Source: an uncultured Saccharophagus sp. (GTDB lineage: Bacteria; Pseudomonadota; Gammaproteobacteria; Pseudomonadales; Cellvibrionaceae). Taken from it: DNA of 64,000 nt. Position numbers and translations under genes: made by a program. The stretch's first letter is position 1; every line of letters starts with the position of its first letter. Shown piece after piece: positions 51,523-60,335 of this stretch. Location: contig CAKZUG010000011.1 in the NCBI GenBank assembly GCA_937920545.1, positions 5,975-69,974 on the forward strand, in the 5' to 3' direction. The notes beneath the pieces are model-generated. The model saw only the letters and a list, made by a program, of their open reading frames with translations, did no database searches and was not told the origin of the DNA.

Positions 51523-53553
51523 ATGACTGTGACAGAGACCGATATAGCCTTACCGCCCGTTATAGCTGGCCCCATGATTAGACATGTCTCGCCCACCGAG
51601 TTTACGCTGTGGTTGGTTACAACCGTGCCATTTGATGCTGACGCACGCTTAAAGGTGTGGTCGGATGCCGCAGTGTGTTTTGATGATGTTATTTATGCTA
51701 ATAGTACGAGTAATAGCGATGAGGCAAATGAAGATACACTTGATGGCATGATCTCAACCCACAGCGTGCGTATGGGTGAGCACTGTTGGATTCACCTTGT
51801 TGCGCTTGATAACGTGTTATTACCCGTAGGCGCGCGTATTCACTACGATATCCACCACAATAATACATGGCTGTTTCATGAAAATAGTGACTCGGTTGTG
51901 TATACCAATGAAGCGCATCCCAGTTTTTATGTGCCTACAAAACTGGATAGCTTATGGCATGGCTCGTGTCGCAAGCCGCATCATGATAGCGACGATGCGC
52001 TTGTTGCAGCAGCACATCATCTCGAACAGGCGTTTAATGATAAAAGCGATGTAGATTCCGGCTCTTGCTCATCACCCAATAAGCCTACGCCATCTCGCCC
52101 CGACGCCTTTTTTATGACGGGTGATCAAATATACTGCGACGATGTCGCCAGCCCCATGTTGCTTGCGGTGCATCAAGTGATGGCTAAGCTTGAGTTATTT
52201 GATGAGCGGTGGGATGACGCGGTGGTAAATTCTACCCAAGCATTACTTGCGCACCCACATTGTTATAACAAACGTCATGCGCTATTACCCAGCGATGCCG
52301 CCGCGCAAACCACCTACGAGCAAGTATTTAAAGGTGCGCGCAAGCCCATTTTTACCTCTTCGCATGCGTTTAATCACTCCATTACATTAAGTGAAATTAT
52401 TGCCCAGTATTTATTGGTATGGTCAGATATTCCGTGGCAATGGGTCGATTTTGATCAGCAAAATAAAGCCTATCAAACCGCATTAGCGCAGCATTACACG
52501 CAAAAAGATAAAGACTTCGCAGCGAAGCACGCTCAGCAATTGCAGGTTTTTAAAAGCGGCTTATCTAAAGTGAGGCAACTATTTGCGCACTTGCCAGTGT
52601 ATATGATGTTTGATGACCACGATGTTACCGACGATTGGAACCTGACCCGTGGTTGGGAAGAAGCCGCCTACGGCAATGGTTTTTCGAAACGTATTATTGG
52701 CAACGCCTTGCTAGCATACGGTTTGTGCCAAGGGGGTGGCAACGCGCCGAAGCAGCACAAACCGTTACTTGATGCGTTGCAAGATCACGCTAGCGACACG
52801 GGCTTTGCTGATCACGATGCCTTAATTGATACGTTTTTAGCTTGGTCGCGCTGGGATTACAGCTTGCCCACCGAGCCAAAAATAGTGGTGCTCGATACCC
52901 GTACACAACGCTGGCGATCAGAATCCAATGCCAATAAGCCGTCTGGGTTAATGGATTGGGAAAGCCTGAGCCAGCTTCAGCAAGAGCTTATTGATCAAGA
53001 GCAAGTGGTGATTATTTCGCCTGCGCCCATGTTTGGCGTTAAGTTTATTGAGAGTATTCAAAAGTTATTTACATTTTTTGGTTATCCGCTGTTAGTCGAT
53101 GCCGAGAACTGGATGGCGCATCCGGGTGCCGCTAATGTACTGCTCAATATTTTTAGGCACAAAAAAACACCGCCTGAGTTTATGATTTTATCTGGCGATG
53201 TGCATTACTCGTTTGTATACGATGTGCGTATTCGCCAAAAAACCGCAGGCGCGAAAATCACGCAGGTGACGGCTAGCGGGTTAAAAAATACCTTTCCTCA
53301 TACATTGTTATCGGTGTTCGATGCGTTAAACCATTATTTATATGCAAGCTGGTCGCCGTTAAATTGGTTTACCAAAAGAAGGCGTATGCGGATTAAAAGC
53401 CGCCACTTTGATGGCTCACGAAAAGAGCTGCTTAATATGAGTGGTTTCGGTGAAATTATATTTAAGGGAAGTTTTGATGACGCAAAAATTCGCGTGTTAT
53501 CGGATACTCAAACATGCTGTTTTGAGCAAGACGATAAAAGGGATGCTCGTTAA
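51523..53553 (+). CDS. PhoD-like metallophosphatase (no obvious export signal)
   Basis: GSCRKPH, GDQIYCDD, FDDHDVTDDWN, LDTRT, DAENW, SGDVHYS. Confidence 0.88.
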   Translation: MTVTETDIALPPVIAGPMIRHVSPTEFTLWLVTTVPFDADARLKVWSDAAVCFDDVIYANSTSNSDEANEDTLDGMISTHSVRMGEHCWIHLVALDNVLLPVGARIHYDIHHNNTWLFHENSDSVVYTNEAHPSFYVPTKLDSLWHGSCRKPHHDSDDALVAAAHHLEQAFNDKSDVDSGSCSSPNKPTPSRPDAFFMTGDQIYCDDVASPMLLAVHQVMAKLELFDERWDDAVVNSTQALLAHPHCYNKRHALLPSDAAAQTTYEQVFKGARKPIFTSSHAFNHSITLSEIIAQYLLVWSDIPWQWVDFDQQNKAYQTALAQHYTQKDKDFAAKHAQQLQVFKSGLSKVRQLFAHLPVYMMFDDHDVTDDWNLTRGWEEAAYGNGFSKRIIGNALLAYGLCQGGGNAPKQHKPLLDALQDHASDTGFADHDALIDTFLAWSRWDYSLPTEPKIVVLDTRTQRWRSESNANKPSGLMDWESLSQLQQELIDQEQVVIISPAPMFGVKFIESIQKLFTFFGYPLLVDAENWMAHPGAANVLLNIFRHKKTPPEFMILSGDVHYSFVYDVRIRQKTAGAKITQVTASGLKNTFPHTLLSVFDALNHYLYASWSPLNWFTKRRRMRIKSRHFDGSRKELLNMSGFGEIIFKGSFDDAKIRVLSDTQTCCFEQDDKRDAR

Positions 53554-53616
53554 TAGTGTGCTTAAGTTGTTGTGACGTTGTGAGATTCACGCGTGGGTAT
53601 GAGTCAAAATGCAGAT

Positions 53617-53644
53617 AAAAAAATCCCCGCTCAATGGCGGGGAT
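53617..53644 (-). terminator. Intrinsic terminator of the permease gene
   Basis: Minus strand ATCCCCGC-CATTGA-GCGGGGA followed by T7. Confidence 0.82.
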
Positions 53645-53674
53645 ATCGGGTATTTCATGTATAAAATTAACGTA

Positions 53675-55342
53675 TTAAGCCGTTTTACTGTTGCCTTTAA
53701 CAATCGCAAATGTGGCTGCGGCAAAATACGTAATAGTAGGAAAGATCAACCATAAACGCAGTTGCTCAAGCGTAAACGCACCGGTAAATGTCCCCACGCC
53801 AATCACAGCACACGCAGCTAACGAGGCGTAACTGATTATTTGTGAGATTTTTTCAATCCCTGATTTTTCTGTGCTGGTATCGTTAATTTTGCCGCCAGAG
53901 GCAAGGTATTGCGCTTCAGCGTCGCGTCGGGCTGTTTCTTTTTTCTCTGCTTCAATCGCTTCAGGGAAGGCATTGCCTGCGCCCATTGCTTTTGCCAATA
54001 CAATATACAGCACGGTAGAAAAGACCCAAACAGGGATAAGCAAATAGAATAGGTGTAAAAGCCCTAATCCATATTCACCCAATAAAACAGCAAGGCCAAC
54101 ACCTGCAAACCACGTAATAACCGCTGCAAAGTTGGTGGTGTTATTTTGGTAGTTACTCCAGTAGCGCGTTAAACCAATTTTGGGGAAGATCCAATGCTCG
54201 GTCACAATCAGTGCACCAACAGGGGCAAGTAAAATACCCATCAAGCCAACAAAACCTAGCAAGCCGCTGAATACCTTTGGTGAACATGCGATTATCGTTG
54301 TGACAACACCTACCACGATGGTTACTTTAGTGCGGTTCCACTTGTAGTTAATCGATTGGAAAGCTAAACCAGCACGGTAAATTGTGGGGTTAGAGGTAGT
54401 CCAGCCCGCAATAATCACCGCTAAAATACCCACCGCACCCAATGCTTGCGAGGCCACATCGCCGGGGTCTAAGCCGTCGCGCTGTAACAATATACCTGCG
54501 CCTGCACCCATGATGCCGGCACAAATCCAAGCGAAAAAGTGACCAATAAACATTCCTAGCGCAGAGAAATAACCGTACTTCGATTTTTTCGCAAAGCGTA
54601 GTAATGTCATATCGCCCAAGCTGCCGTGCATGGCTAGGTTGGCAACCCACGCAAAGGCGGCAACATGTAGCATGCCAATGCCTTCTTCAGGTTTGTGTAT
54701 CCAAATTTTACTGTCGGCTACAGCCATAAAGTCAGCGATGCTGGTCATGCTGCTTACGCCTGCGGTGGCGTCAACCAATGTTGGGATCAGCGCTAATGCA
54801 CCTACGCCAAACATTAATATCATCCACGGTGCGCATACTTCGGCAAAACGTGCGACTTTCTCAAAGCCTTTCATGGCAATGGTAACAACCACAGCGCCTA
54901 CGGCTAACGCAATTAACACAAAGCGAATATCGGTTGGATACCAGCCTTGTTGCGTCGGAATATCAAATAGTACACGTACAGCCGATGCCGATACGGTAAT
55001 CATGGCGCCAGCTAAAATGGCAAATAACGCACCATTTACCACGCTGTAAAGTTTGACGGTGCCGGGGCCAGCTATTTTTTCTAGGTAGGCATAAAGCGTT
55101 AAGCGGGTATTGGTGGCAATGGGTGCGGTAATTAAGCCCCATGTTAAAACGGCAAATAAATTACCGATAATTAAGCCGAGGATAAGGTCTTGGGTAGATA
55201 CGCCCCAAGAAACAAAAAGTGCGCCAATAACAAACTCAGTACCGGCAACGTGCTCACCAGAATAACTGGCAGCAAAGTTTTTTGCAGGTTGGAGTTGGTT
55301 AGGTGCAACAGGCGACGTTTCAAATTCGTTTGCTGTGCTCAT
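53675..55342 (-). CDS. NCS1 / purine-cytosine permease-like transporter in the rhamnose cluster
   Basis: GEHVAGTEFVIG, D...RFA, GWTTSNP.IY motifs; 12-14 TM helices; AGGA RBS before ATG 55342. Confidence 0.85.
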   Translation of the reverse strand: MSTANEFETSPVAPNQLQPAKNFAASYSGEHVAGTEFVIGALFVSWGVSTQDLILGLIIGNLFAVLTWGLITAPIATNTRLTLYAYLEKIAGPGTVKLYSVVNGALFAILAGAMITVSASAVRVLFDIPTQQGWYPTDIRFVLIALAVGAVVVTIAMKGFEKVARFAEVCAPWMILMFGVGALALIPTLVDATAGVSSMTSIADFMAVADSKIWIHKPEEGIGMLHVAAFAWVANLAMHGSLGDMTLLRFAKKSKYGYFSALGMFIGHFFAWICAGIMGAGAGILLQRDGLDPGDVASQALGAVGILAVIIAGWTTSNPTIYRAGLAFQSINYKWNRTKVTIVVGVVTTIIACSPKVFSGLLGFVGLMGILLAPVGALIVTEHWIFPKIGLTRYWSNYQNNTTNFAAVITWFAGVGLAVLLGEYGLGLLHLFYLLIPVWVFSTVLYIVLAKAMGAGNAFPEAIEAEKKETARRDAEAQYLASGGKINDTSTEKSGIEKISQIISYASLAACAVIGVGTFTGAFTLEQLRLWLIFPTITYFAAATFAIVKGNSKTA

Positions 55343-55533
55343 GGAAAGTCCTATTGGTTTTACTGCGTTGTTGTTCTTATTGTTGGTGGCATAAATAGCG
55401 AGGCTAATGACCAACCTTTATTTTTATTGCTATGTTTTATAGCTTTTTTGACGATCTTATTATGTTAAGTGTGTAACGTTGTTGATAAAACAGTTGAAAA
55501 AGATAAAACTTATTCTTAAATCTATCATATAGA

Positions 55534-55622
55534 GTGTGCTGCAATATACAGCACACGTCTATTCACCGAATGGCTTGCCTAGCGAGCAAATATCTTGCCT
55601 AATCATCAAATGTCTTGGCAAG
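55534..55622. repeat. Hairpin plus three degenerate 20-bp direct repeats downstream of rhaI
   Basis: GTGTGCTG-N7-CAGCACAC; AATxxCTTG core at 55569, 55589 and 55609. Confidence 0.55.
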
Positions 55623-55646
55623 TTTAACAGCTAGGTAAAAATCGGT

Positions 55647-56939
55647 TTATACGATACCTGAACGGCTGCCACCAAGATCAGGGCGATCTTTAGCAACAGT
55701 TGCACGGTAATCGGCTTTACGGTAGGCCGCGATTGGGTCAATTGCGCCGCCTTTCTGCTTACGCGCCATCGCCAAAATAGGGCTAACGTCGGTCGTAAAC
55801 GCAGATTTAAGCGTATTGCTTGCCATGATCGCGTCGTTGCCTTCTTGGTAACCGCTAAGTGCTTTACGGTCAACAATTAATGCTGAAACGTAAGAGCGCT
55901 GAACAGAAGCCGCAGAGTTCATCAAGCTTTCAATCGGGTCAGTCACGTTATGTGATTGATCAAGCATGTAGTTAGGGCCAAAACCTTCTTGGTTACGGTA
56001 TTCTGCATCAACCAGCTCGTTGAAAATCAAGAACTGTTGGTAAGGGTGCAATGAACCACTGTCTAGATCGTCATCACCGTACTTACTGTCGTTGAAGTGG
56101 AAGCCACCTAATTTTTTGAATTGAATCAAACGCGAAACAATCATTTCGATGTTAACGTTTGGCGCATGGTGGCCAAGGTCAACTAACGATTTTGCTTGAG
56201 GGCCAAGTTCCATCGCAGCAAGGATGTTGGAACCCCAATCTTGGATAATCGTTGAGTAGAAAGCAGGCTCGAACATTTTGTGCTCGATGTGCATTTCCCA
56301 ATCAGCAGGCAATGCGCCGTAAATTTCTTTCATGCTTTCTAAGTAGCGCTCAAAAGCGTGTTGGAAATGCTGCTGACCTGGGTGGTTAGAACCGTCGCCA
56401 ACCCATACTGTTAGGGTTGTTGAATCTAGCTCTTTACCCCACTTGATGCACTCGATGTTGTGCGCAATAGCGGTATCGCGAGAATCTTTGCTCGTGTTGC
56501 TCAAGCTGCCGTATTTAAACGAATGCTTCTGATCTGGCTGATCTTGGAAAGTATTAGAGTTAATAGAATCCCACTTAAGGTTTAACTCGTCAGACGCGCC
56601 TCTAAGTTCTTTAAAATCGTCTACTTTATCCCAAGGAAAGTGTGGAGAAACGCGTTCTGTACACTGTGATAAATCGTTGATGACGCCGCAATCTTCTAGT
56701 TTTTCAAAGATGTTACGTGGCTCGCCAATACCAGGGAAACGAGCAAAGCGTGTGCCGCCCGTACCTGTGCCCCATGAAGGAACAGCAATTTGGAAGGTTT
56801 TTGCTTTTTCAGTGATGTCGTCAATGCTAATGCCTTCACGAGCAAGTTTAACGCCTAATGCGTCGTAATCTTCTTGAAGGGCTGTTTCTAGTGCGCTGTT
56901 GCTATCGGCAATAAGCGCTTTATCAATACGTGCTGTCAT
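55647..56939 (-). CDS. rhaI: L-rhamnose isomerase, RhaI type
   Basis: PSWGTGTGGTRF, HFPWD, EHKMFEP, DLGHH, GGFHFND, DQSHN. Confidence 0.93.
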   Translation of the reverse strand: MTARIDKALIADSNSALETALQEDYDALGVKLAREGISIDDITEKAKTFQIAVPSWGTGTGGTRFARFPGIGEPRNIFEKLEDCGVINDLSQCTERVSPHFPWDKVDDFKELRGASDELNLKWDSINSNTFQDQPDQKHSFKYGSLSNTSKDSRDTAIAHNIECIKWGKELDSTTLTVWVGDGSNHPGQQHFQHAFERYLESMKEIYGALPADWEMHIEHKMFEPAFYSTIIQDWGSNILAAMELGPQAKSLVDLGHHAPNVNIEMIVSRLIQFKKLGGFHFNDSKYGDDDLDSGSLHPYQQFLIFNELVDAEYRNQEGFGPNYMLDQSHNVTDPIESLMNSAASVQRSYVSALIVDRKALSGYQEGNDAIMASNTLKSAFTTDVSPILAMARKQKGGAIDPIAAYRKADYRATVAKDRPDLGGSRSGIV

Positions 56940-56960
56940 GATACTAACCTATTAAGTTGT

Positions 56961-56983
56961 AAAAAAGCCCGCAAAAAGCGGGC
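56961..56983 (-). terminator. Terminator-like hairpin between rhaD and rhaI
   Basis: Minus strand GCCCGC-TTTTT-GCGGGC-T6. Confidence 0.65.
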
Positions 56984-56992
56984 TAAAAAGTA

Positions 56993-59092
56993 TTAACGTG
57001 TGAATGAAGGTGCGTGACCTGCATCAACGTTGATGATGTTACCCGTTGATTTAGACGCTGTATCAGCGGCTAAGAAGTAAATTGCTTCAGCAATATCTTC
57101 TGGGAAAACATTCAGTTTTAACATGCTGCGTGAGCGGTAATGTGCTTCTAGATCGTCTTCGCCCATGTCGTATGCTGCTGCACGTTCTTCGCGCCACTTG
57201 CCCGTCCAGATTTTAGAACCACGTAATACGGCATCTGGGTTCACAACGTTACAGCGAATACCTAAAGGCGCGCCTTCAAGAGCAACCGCACGTGACAACT
57301 GAATTTCAGCCGCTTTTGCAGTACAGTAAGCCGATGCATTAGCAGAAGCAACAAGGCCGTTTTTACTTGCAACAAACACCATAGAACCGCCTGTGTTTTG
57401 TGCTTTCATGATCTTAAAGCCTTCACGTGATACAAGGAAGTAACCTTTCGCAAGGATATCCATGTTCAAGTTCCATGACGCTAATGTTGTTTCGTCTAAT
57501 GGTGATGAGCTAGCAATACCTGCGTTAGAAACAAGAATATCTAAACCACCAAACTCAAGTGATGTTTTAGCAAAAGCTGCTTGTACCGCTTCTTCGCTTG
57601 TAACGTTACAGATAACGCCACGTACAACATCGCTGCTAAATTCAGCGCTTAATTCTTCAACAGCACCGTCAAGAGCCGTTTGATCGATGTCGGCTAGCAT
57701 GACACATGCGCCCTCACCTAATAAACGGCGTGCCGTTGCTTTACCAATACCGCCAGCACCACCTGTAACAAAGCCAACACGGCCCGCTAGGTTTTTAGGT
57801 TTTGGCATGCGTTGTAATTTAGCTTCTTCTAATAACCAGTATTCAATATCAAAGGCTTCTTGAATATCTAGACCAACGTAAGTGTCAACGCCGTTTGCTT
57901 CACGCATAACGTTAATAGCATTAACATAAAACTCGCCAGCAATACGTGCTGTGGCTTTATCTTTAGCAAATGTGATCATGCCAACGCCGGGAACCAAATA
58001 AACAATGGCGTTTGCATCGCGAATAGCGGGGCTGTTATCACGCTTACATTTGTTGTAGTAATCGCCGTAGCCTTGACGGTACTCTTCTAGCTGGCCGTCA
58101 AGTTGAGCAATTGTTTTTTCTAATTCTGCGTCTGAATCGCTTGCTGCTGGATCAAAATTAACCACTAACGGGCAAATTTTTGTGCGCAAGAAATGGTCTG
58201 GGCAAGATGTGCCAAGTGCCGCTAAAGGCGCTAAGTTTTTAGAGTTTACAAACTCAAGTACTTCGGCTGAATCGTTAAAATGGCCAACTTTACGTTGATC
58301 ACCTGTGATCTTGCCGCGGATTTGAACCATAAGTTGTGAGGCAACGCTACCGCGTTTTGCTTCACCAAAGTCAACGTCGATAGCAACGCCGCCAAAGTTC
58401 TCGCCTTTTTTATTGGCTTCTAACCAATCGGCGGCTTGCTGAATAATGGCAAGCGTATTTAAATAGCATTCTTTGCCTGTGTCGCCCCAAGTGAAAATGC
58501 CGTGGCCTTCTAGCATAATGCCTTTAAGCTTAGGGTTTGAGCGTGCAACTTCTTCTAGTTTTAAACCAAGGTCAAAACCTGGGCGCTGCCAAGGTAACCA
58601 GCCCATGTCACCGTTAAAAACGGTTTCAGTTAGCTGCTTAGAGTTTTTCGTACAAGCAATTGCAATCGCTGCATCGGGGTGCATGTGATCGACGTGTGCT
58701 TTAGGGATATAAGCATGCAAAGGTGTATCAATACTGGCTGCACGTGGGTTTAAGTTAAATGTACAGTGCGGTAAGTAACCGACCATTTCATCTTCGTTCT
58801 CAAGACCACGGTACAAATCTTTAAGCTGGTTTAACTTGTCCATATATAAAGTAGAAAAACCATTTAGCTCGATAGAGCCAAGATCGCCACCCGAACCTTT
58901 TACCCACAATACTTCGGCATCTTGGCCGTTAAGTGGATCAGTCATGGTGATTTTTGCAGAAGTGTTACCGCCACCGTAGTTAGTGATGCGTAAATCTGAA
59001 CCAAGTAGGTTAGAACGGTATTGCAGTAATTCTGGTTCGCTCATAGACGATGCAGTATCGTCGTTCCAGAGACTTTGAAGCTTGCTTGTCAT
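56993..59092 (-). CDS. rhaD: Bifunctional rhamnulose-1-phosphate aldolase / short-chain dehydrogenase (RhaEW type)
   Basis: GGGNTSAK, SIDTPLH, HMHPD, CPDHFLRTK, EYWLLE; SDR motifs TGGAGGIG, SNAG, YCTAK. Confidence 0.93.
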   Translation of the reverse strand: MTSKLQSLWNDDTASSMSEPELLQYRSNLLGSDLRITNYGGGNTSAKITMTDPLNGQDAEVLWVKGSGGDLGSIELNGFSTLYMDKLNQLKDLYRGLENEDEMVGYLPHCTFNLNPRAASIDTPLHAYIPKAHVDHMHPDAAIAIACTKNSKQLTETVFNGDMGWLPWQRPGFDLGLKLEEVARSNPKLKGIMLEGHGIFTWGDTGKECYLNTLAIIQQAADWLEANKKGENFGGVAIDVDFGEAKRGSVASQLMVQIRGKITGDQRKVGHFNDSAEVLEFVNSKNLAPLAALGTSCPDHFLRTKICPLVVNFDPAASDSDAELEKTIAQLDGQLEEYRQGYGDYYNKCKRDNSPAIRDANAIVYLVPGVGMITFAKDKATARIAGEFYVNAINVMREANGVDTYVGLDIQEAFDIEYWLLEEAKLQRMPKPKNLAGRVGFVTGGAGGIGKATARRLLGEGACVMLADIDQTALDGAVEELSAEFSSDVVRGVICNVTSEEAVQAAFAKTSLEFGGLDILVSNAGIASSSPLDETTLASWNLNMDILAKGYFLVSREGFKIMKAQNTGGSMVFVASKNGLVASANASAYCTAKAAEIQLSRAVALEGAPLGIRCNVVNPDAVLRGSKIWTGKWREERAAAYDMGEDDLEAHYRSRSMLKLNVFPEDIAEAIYFLAADTASKSTGNIINVDAGHAPSFTR

Positions 59093-59207
59093 GGTTTCTC
59101 TTCTCGTATTGTGGGGTCAAAAAACGTCTTCACTAAAACGAATATCGTCATTTGATGGGTTGAGATGGTGCGTATTAATTTCAGTTATTAGAATAATGAG
59201 TGCGCAC

Positions 59208-59272
59208 ATGTTACATCAGCTCTACGCGGTGTCAATCATTTGATTGCATTTTTAATCACTTGTAGTCATTTG
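59208..59272 (-). promoter_or_regulatory. rhaD promoter overlapped by four 10-bp direct repeats (candidate DeoR-type RhaR operator)
   Basis: Minus strand TTGACA (59235-59230)-N16-TAACAT; repeats CAATCATTTG/ATTGCATTTT/TAATCACTTG/TAGTCATTTG at 59233-59272. Confidence 0.6.
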
Positions 59273-59382
59273 CATTGTGGTTGATAATGCGTGAATATGA
59301 CCAGTTGAAAACATTAATCGCTTGGCAATATGGCTAAAAGCGTAATAATAAAAATGACAAAATCACAAGGTACGCCACTAAA

Positions 59383-60171
59383 ATGCTAGAAAAACAACGC
59401 CACCATTTACTGCTTGAGGTTTTGGCCGGTCAAGGCTTTGCCTCTGTGCACGAGCTAGCGGTTAAATTAAACGCTTCTGAAGCAACCATTCGACGCGATT
59501 TGACCAAGCTTGCTCAAAAAAAACTGCTAATGAAAATACGCGGCGGGGCAGAATCTTTATCAATTAGCTCCTTTGAAGTTGATCGTCGCAATTTACAAAG
59601 TAGCGATTTTCAGGTGGATGTGACTCAGCACCAAGATCGTAAAGCAAAAATAGCGGCTAAAGCCGTGTCGTTGTGCACGCCTGATGACTCTATCATTATT
59701 AACGGTGGAAGCAGCACGTTTATGATGAAAGATGAGCTGGCAAAGCGTGAGGGCTTAAAAGTGCTGACCAACTCGTTTGCTTTAGCGTACGAGTTGTCGC
59801 AAATTAGCGAGTTACAGGTCACATTGCCTGGCGGTGAGCTGTATCGCCAGCAGAGTATTATTTTAAGCTCCTTTGAAAACGACTCCATCCCGAATTACCA
59901 TGGCACCAAAATGTTCATGGGAACGCCAGGTATTGGGGAGTTTGGTGTAATGGAGGCCGATCCTCTGCTGGTACGCTCAGAACAAAAGCTTAAAAAACAG
60001 GCCGAAAAGTTAGTTGTGCTGGCCGATAGCTCTAAAATTGGCTTGCGAAGCAGTTTGATTCTCTGCCCGCTTTCTGATGTGGATATTATTATTACCGATA
60101 GCGGTGTTACTGAAAAGTACGTGTCGTTATTTGAAGATAATGGTGTCGAGGTGATTGTTGTCGATGACTAA
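59383..60171 (+). CDS. DeoR/GlpR-family regulator of rhamnose catabolism
   Basis: SEATIRRDL HTH, VLTNS, LADSSK, IITD; divergent from rhaD. Confidence 0.93.
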   Translation: MLEKQRHHLLLEVLAGQGFASVHELAVKLNASEATIRRDLTKLAQKKLLMKIRGGAESLSISSFEVDRRNLQSSDFQVDVTQHQDRKAKIAAKAVSLCTPDDSIIINGGSSTFMMKDELAKREGLKVLTNSFALAYELSQISELQVTLPGGELYRQQSIILSSFENDSIPNYHGTKMFMGTPGIGEFGVMEADPLLVRSEQKLKKQAEKLVVLADSSKIGLRSSLILCPLSDVDIIITDSGVTEKYVSLFEDNGVEVIVVDD

Positions 60172-60335
60172 ATCATCGTAATTTTAATGGGCGGTGGGGT
60201 GTCTTTAGTTATATGTAATTGTACCTACTGCTTACGCATGTAAGTTGTATTTTGCGCTGTTAATGTCAATCGCTCCCAGTTCAGTTATCGCTGCGAGCGT
60301 TAAACTTTTATTCATTTACTAATAAGAACTTTTTT

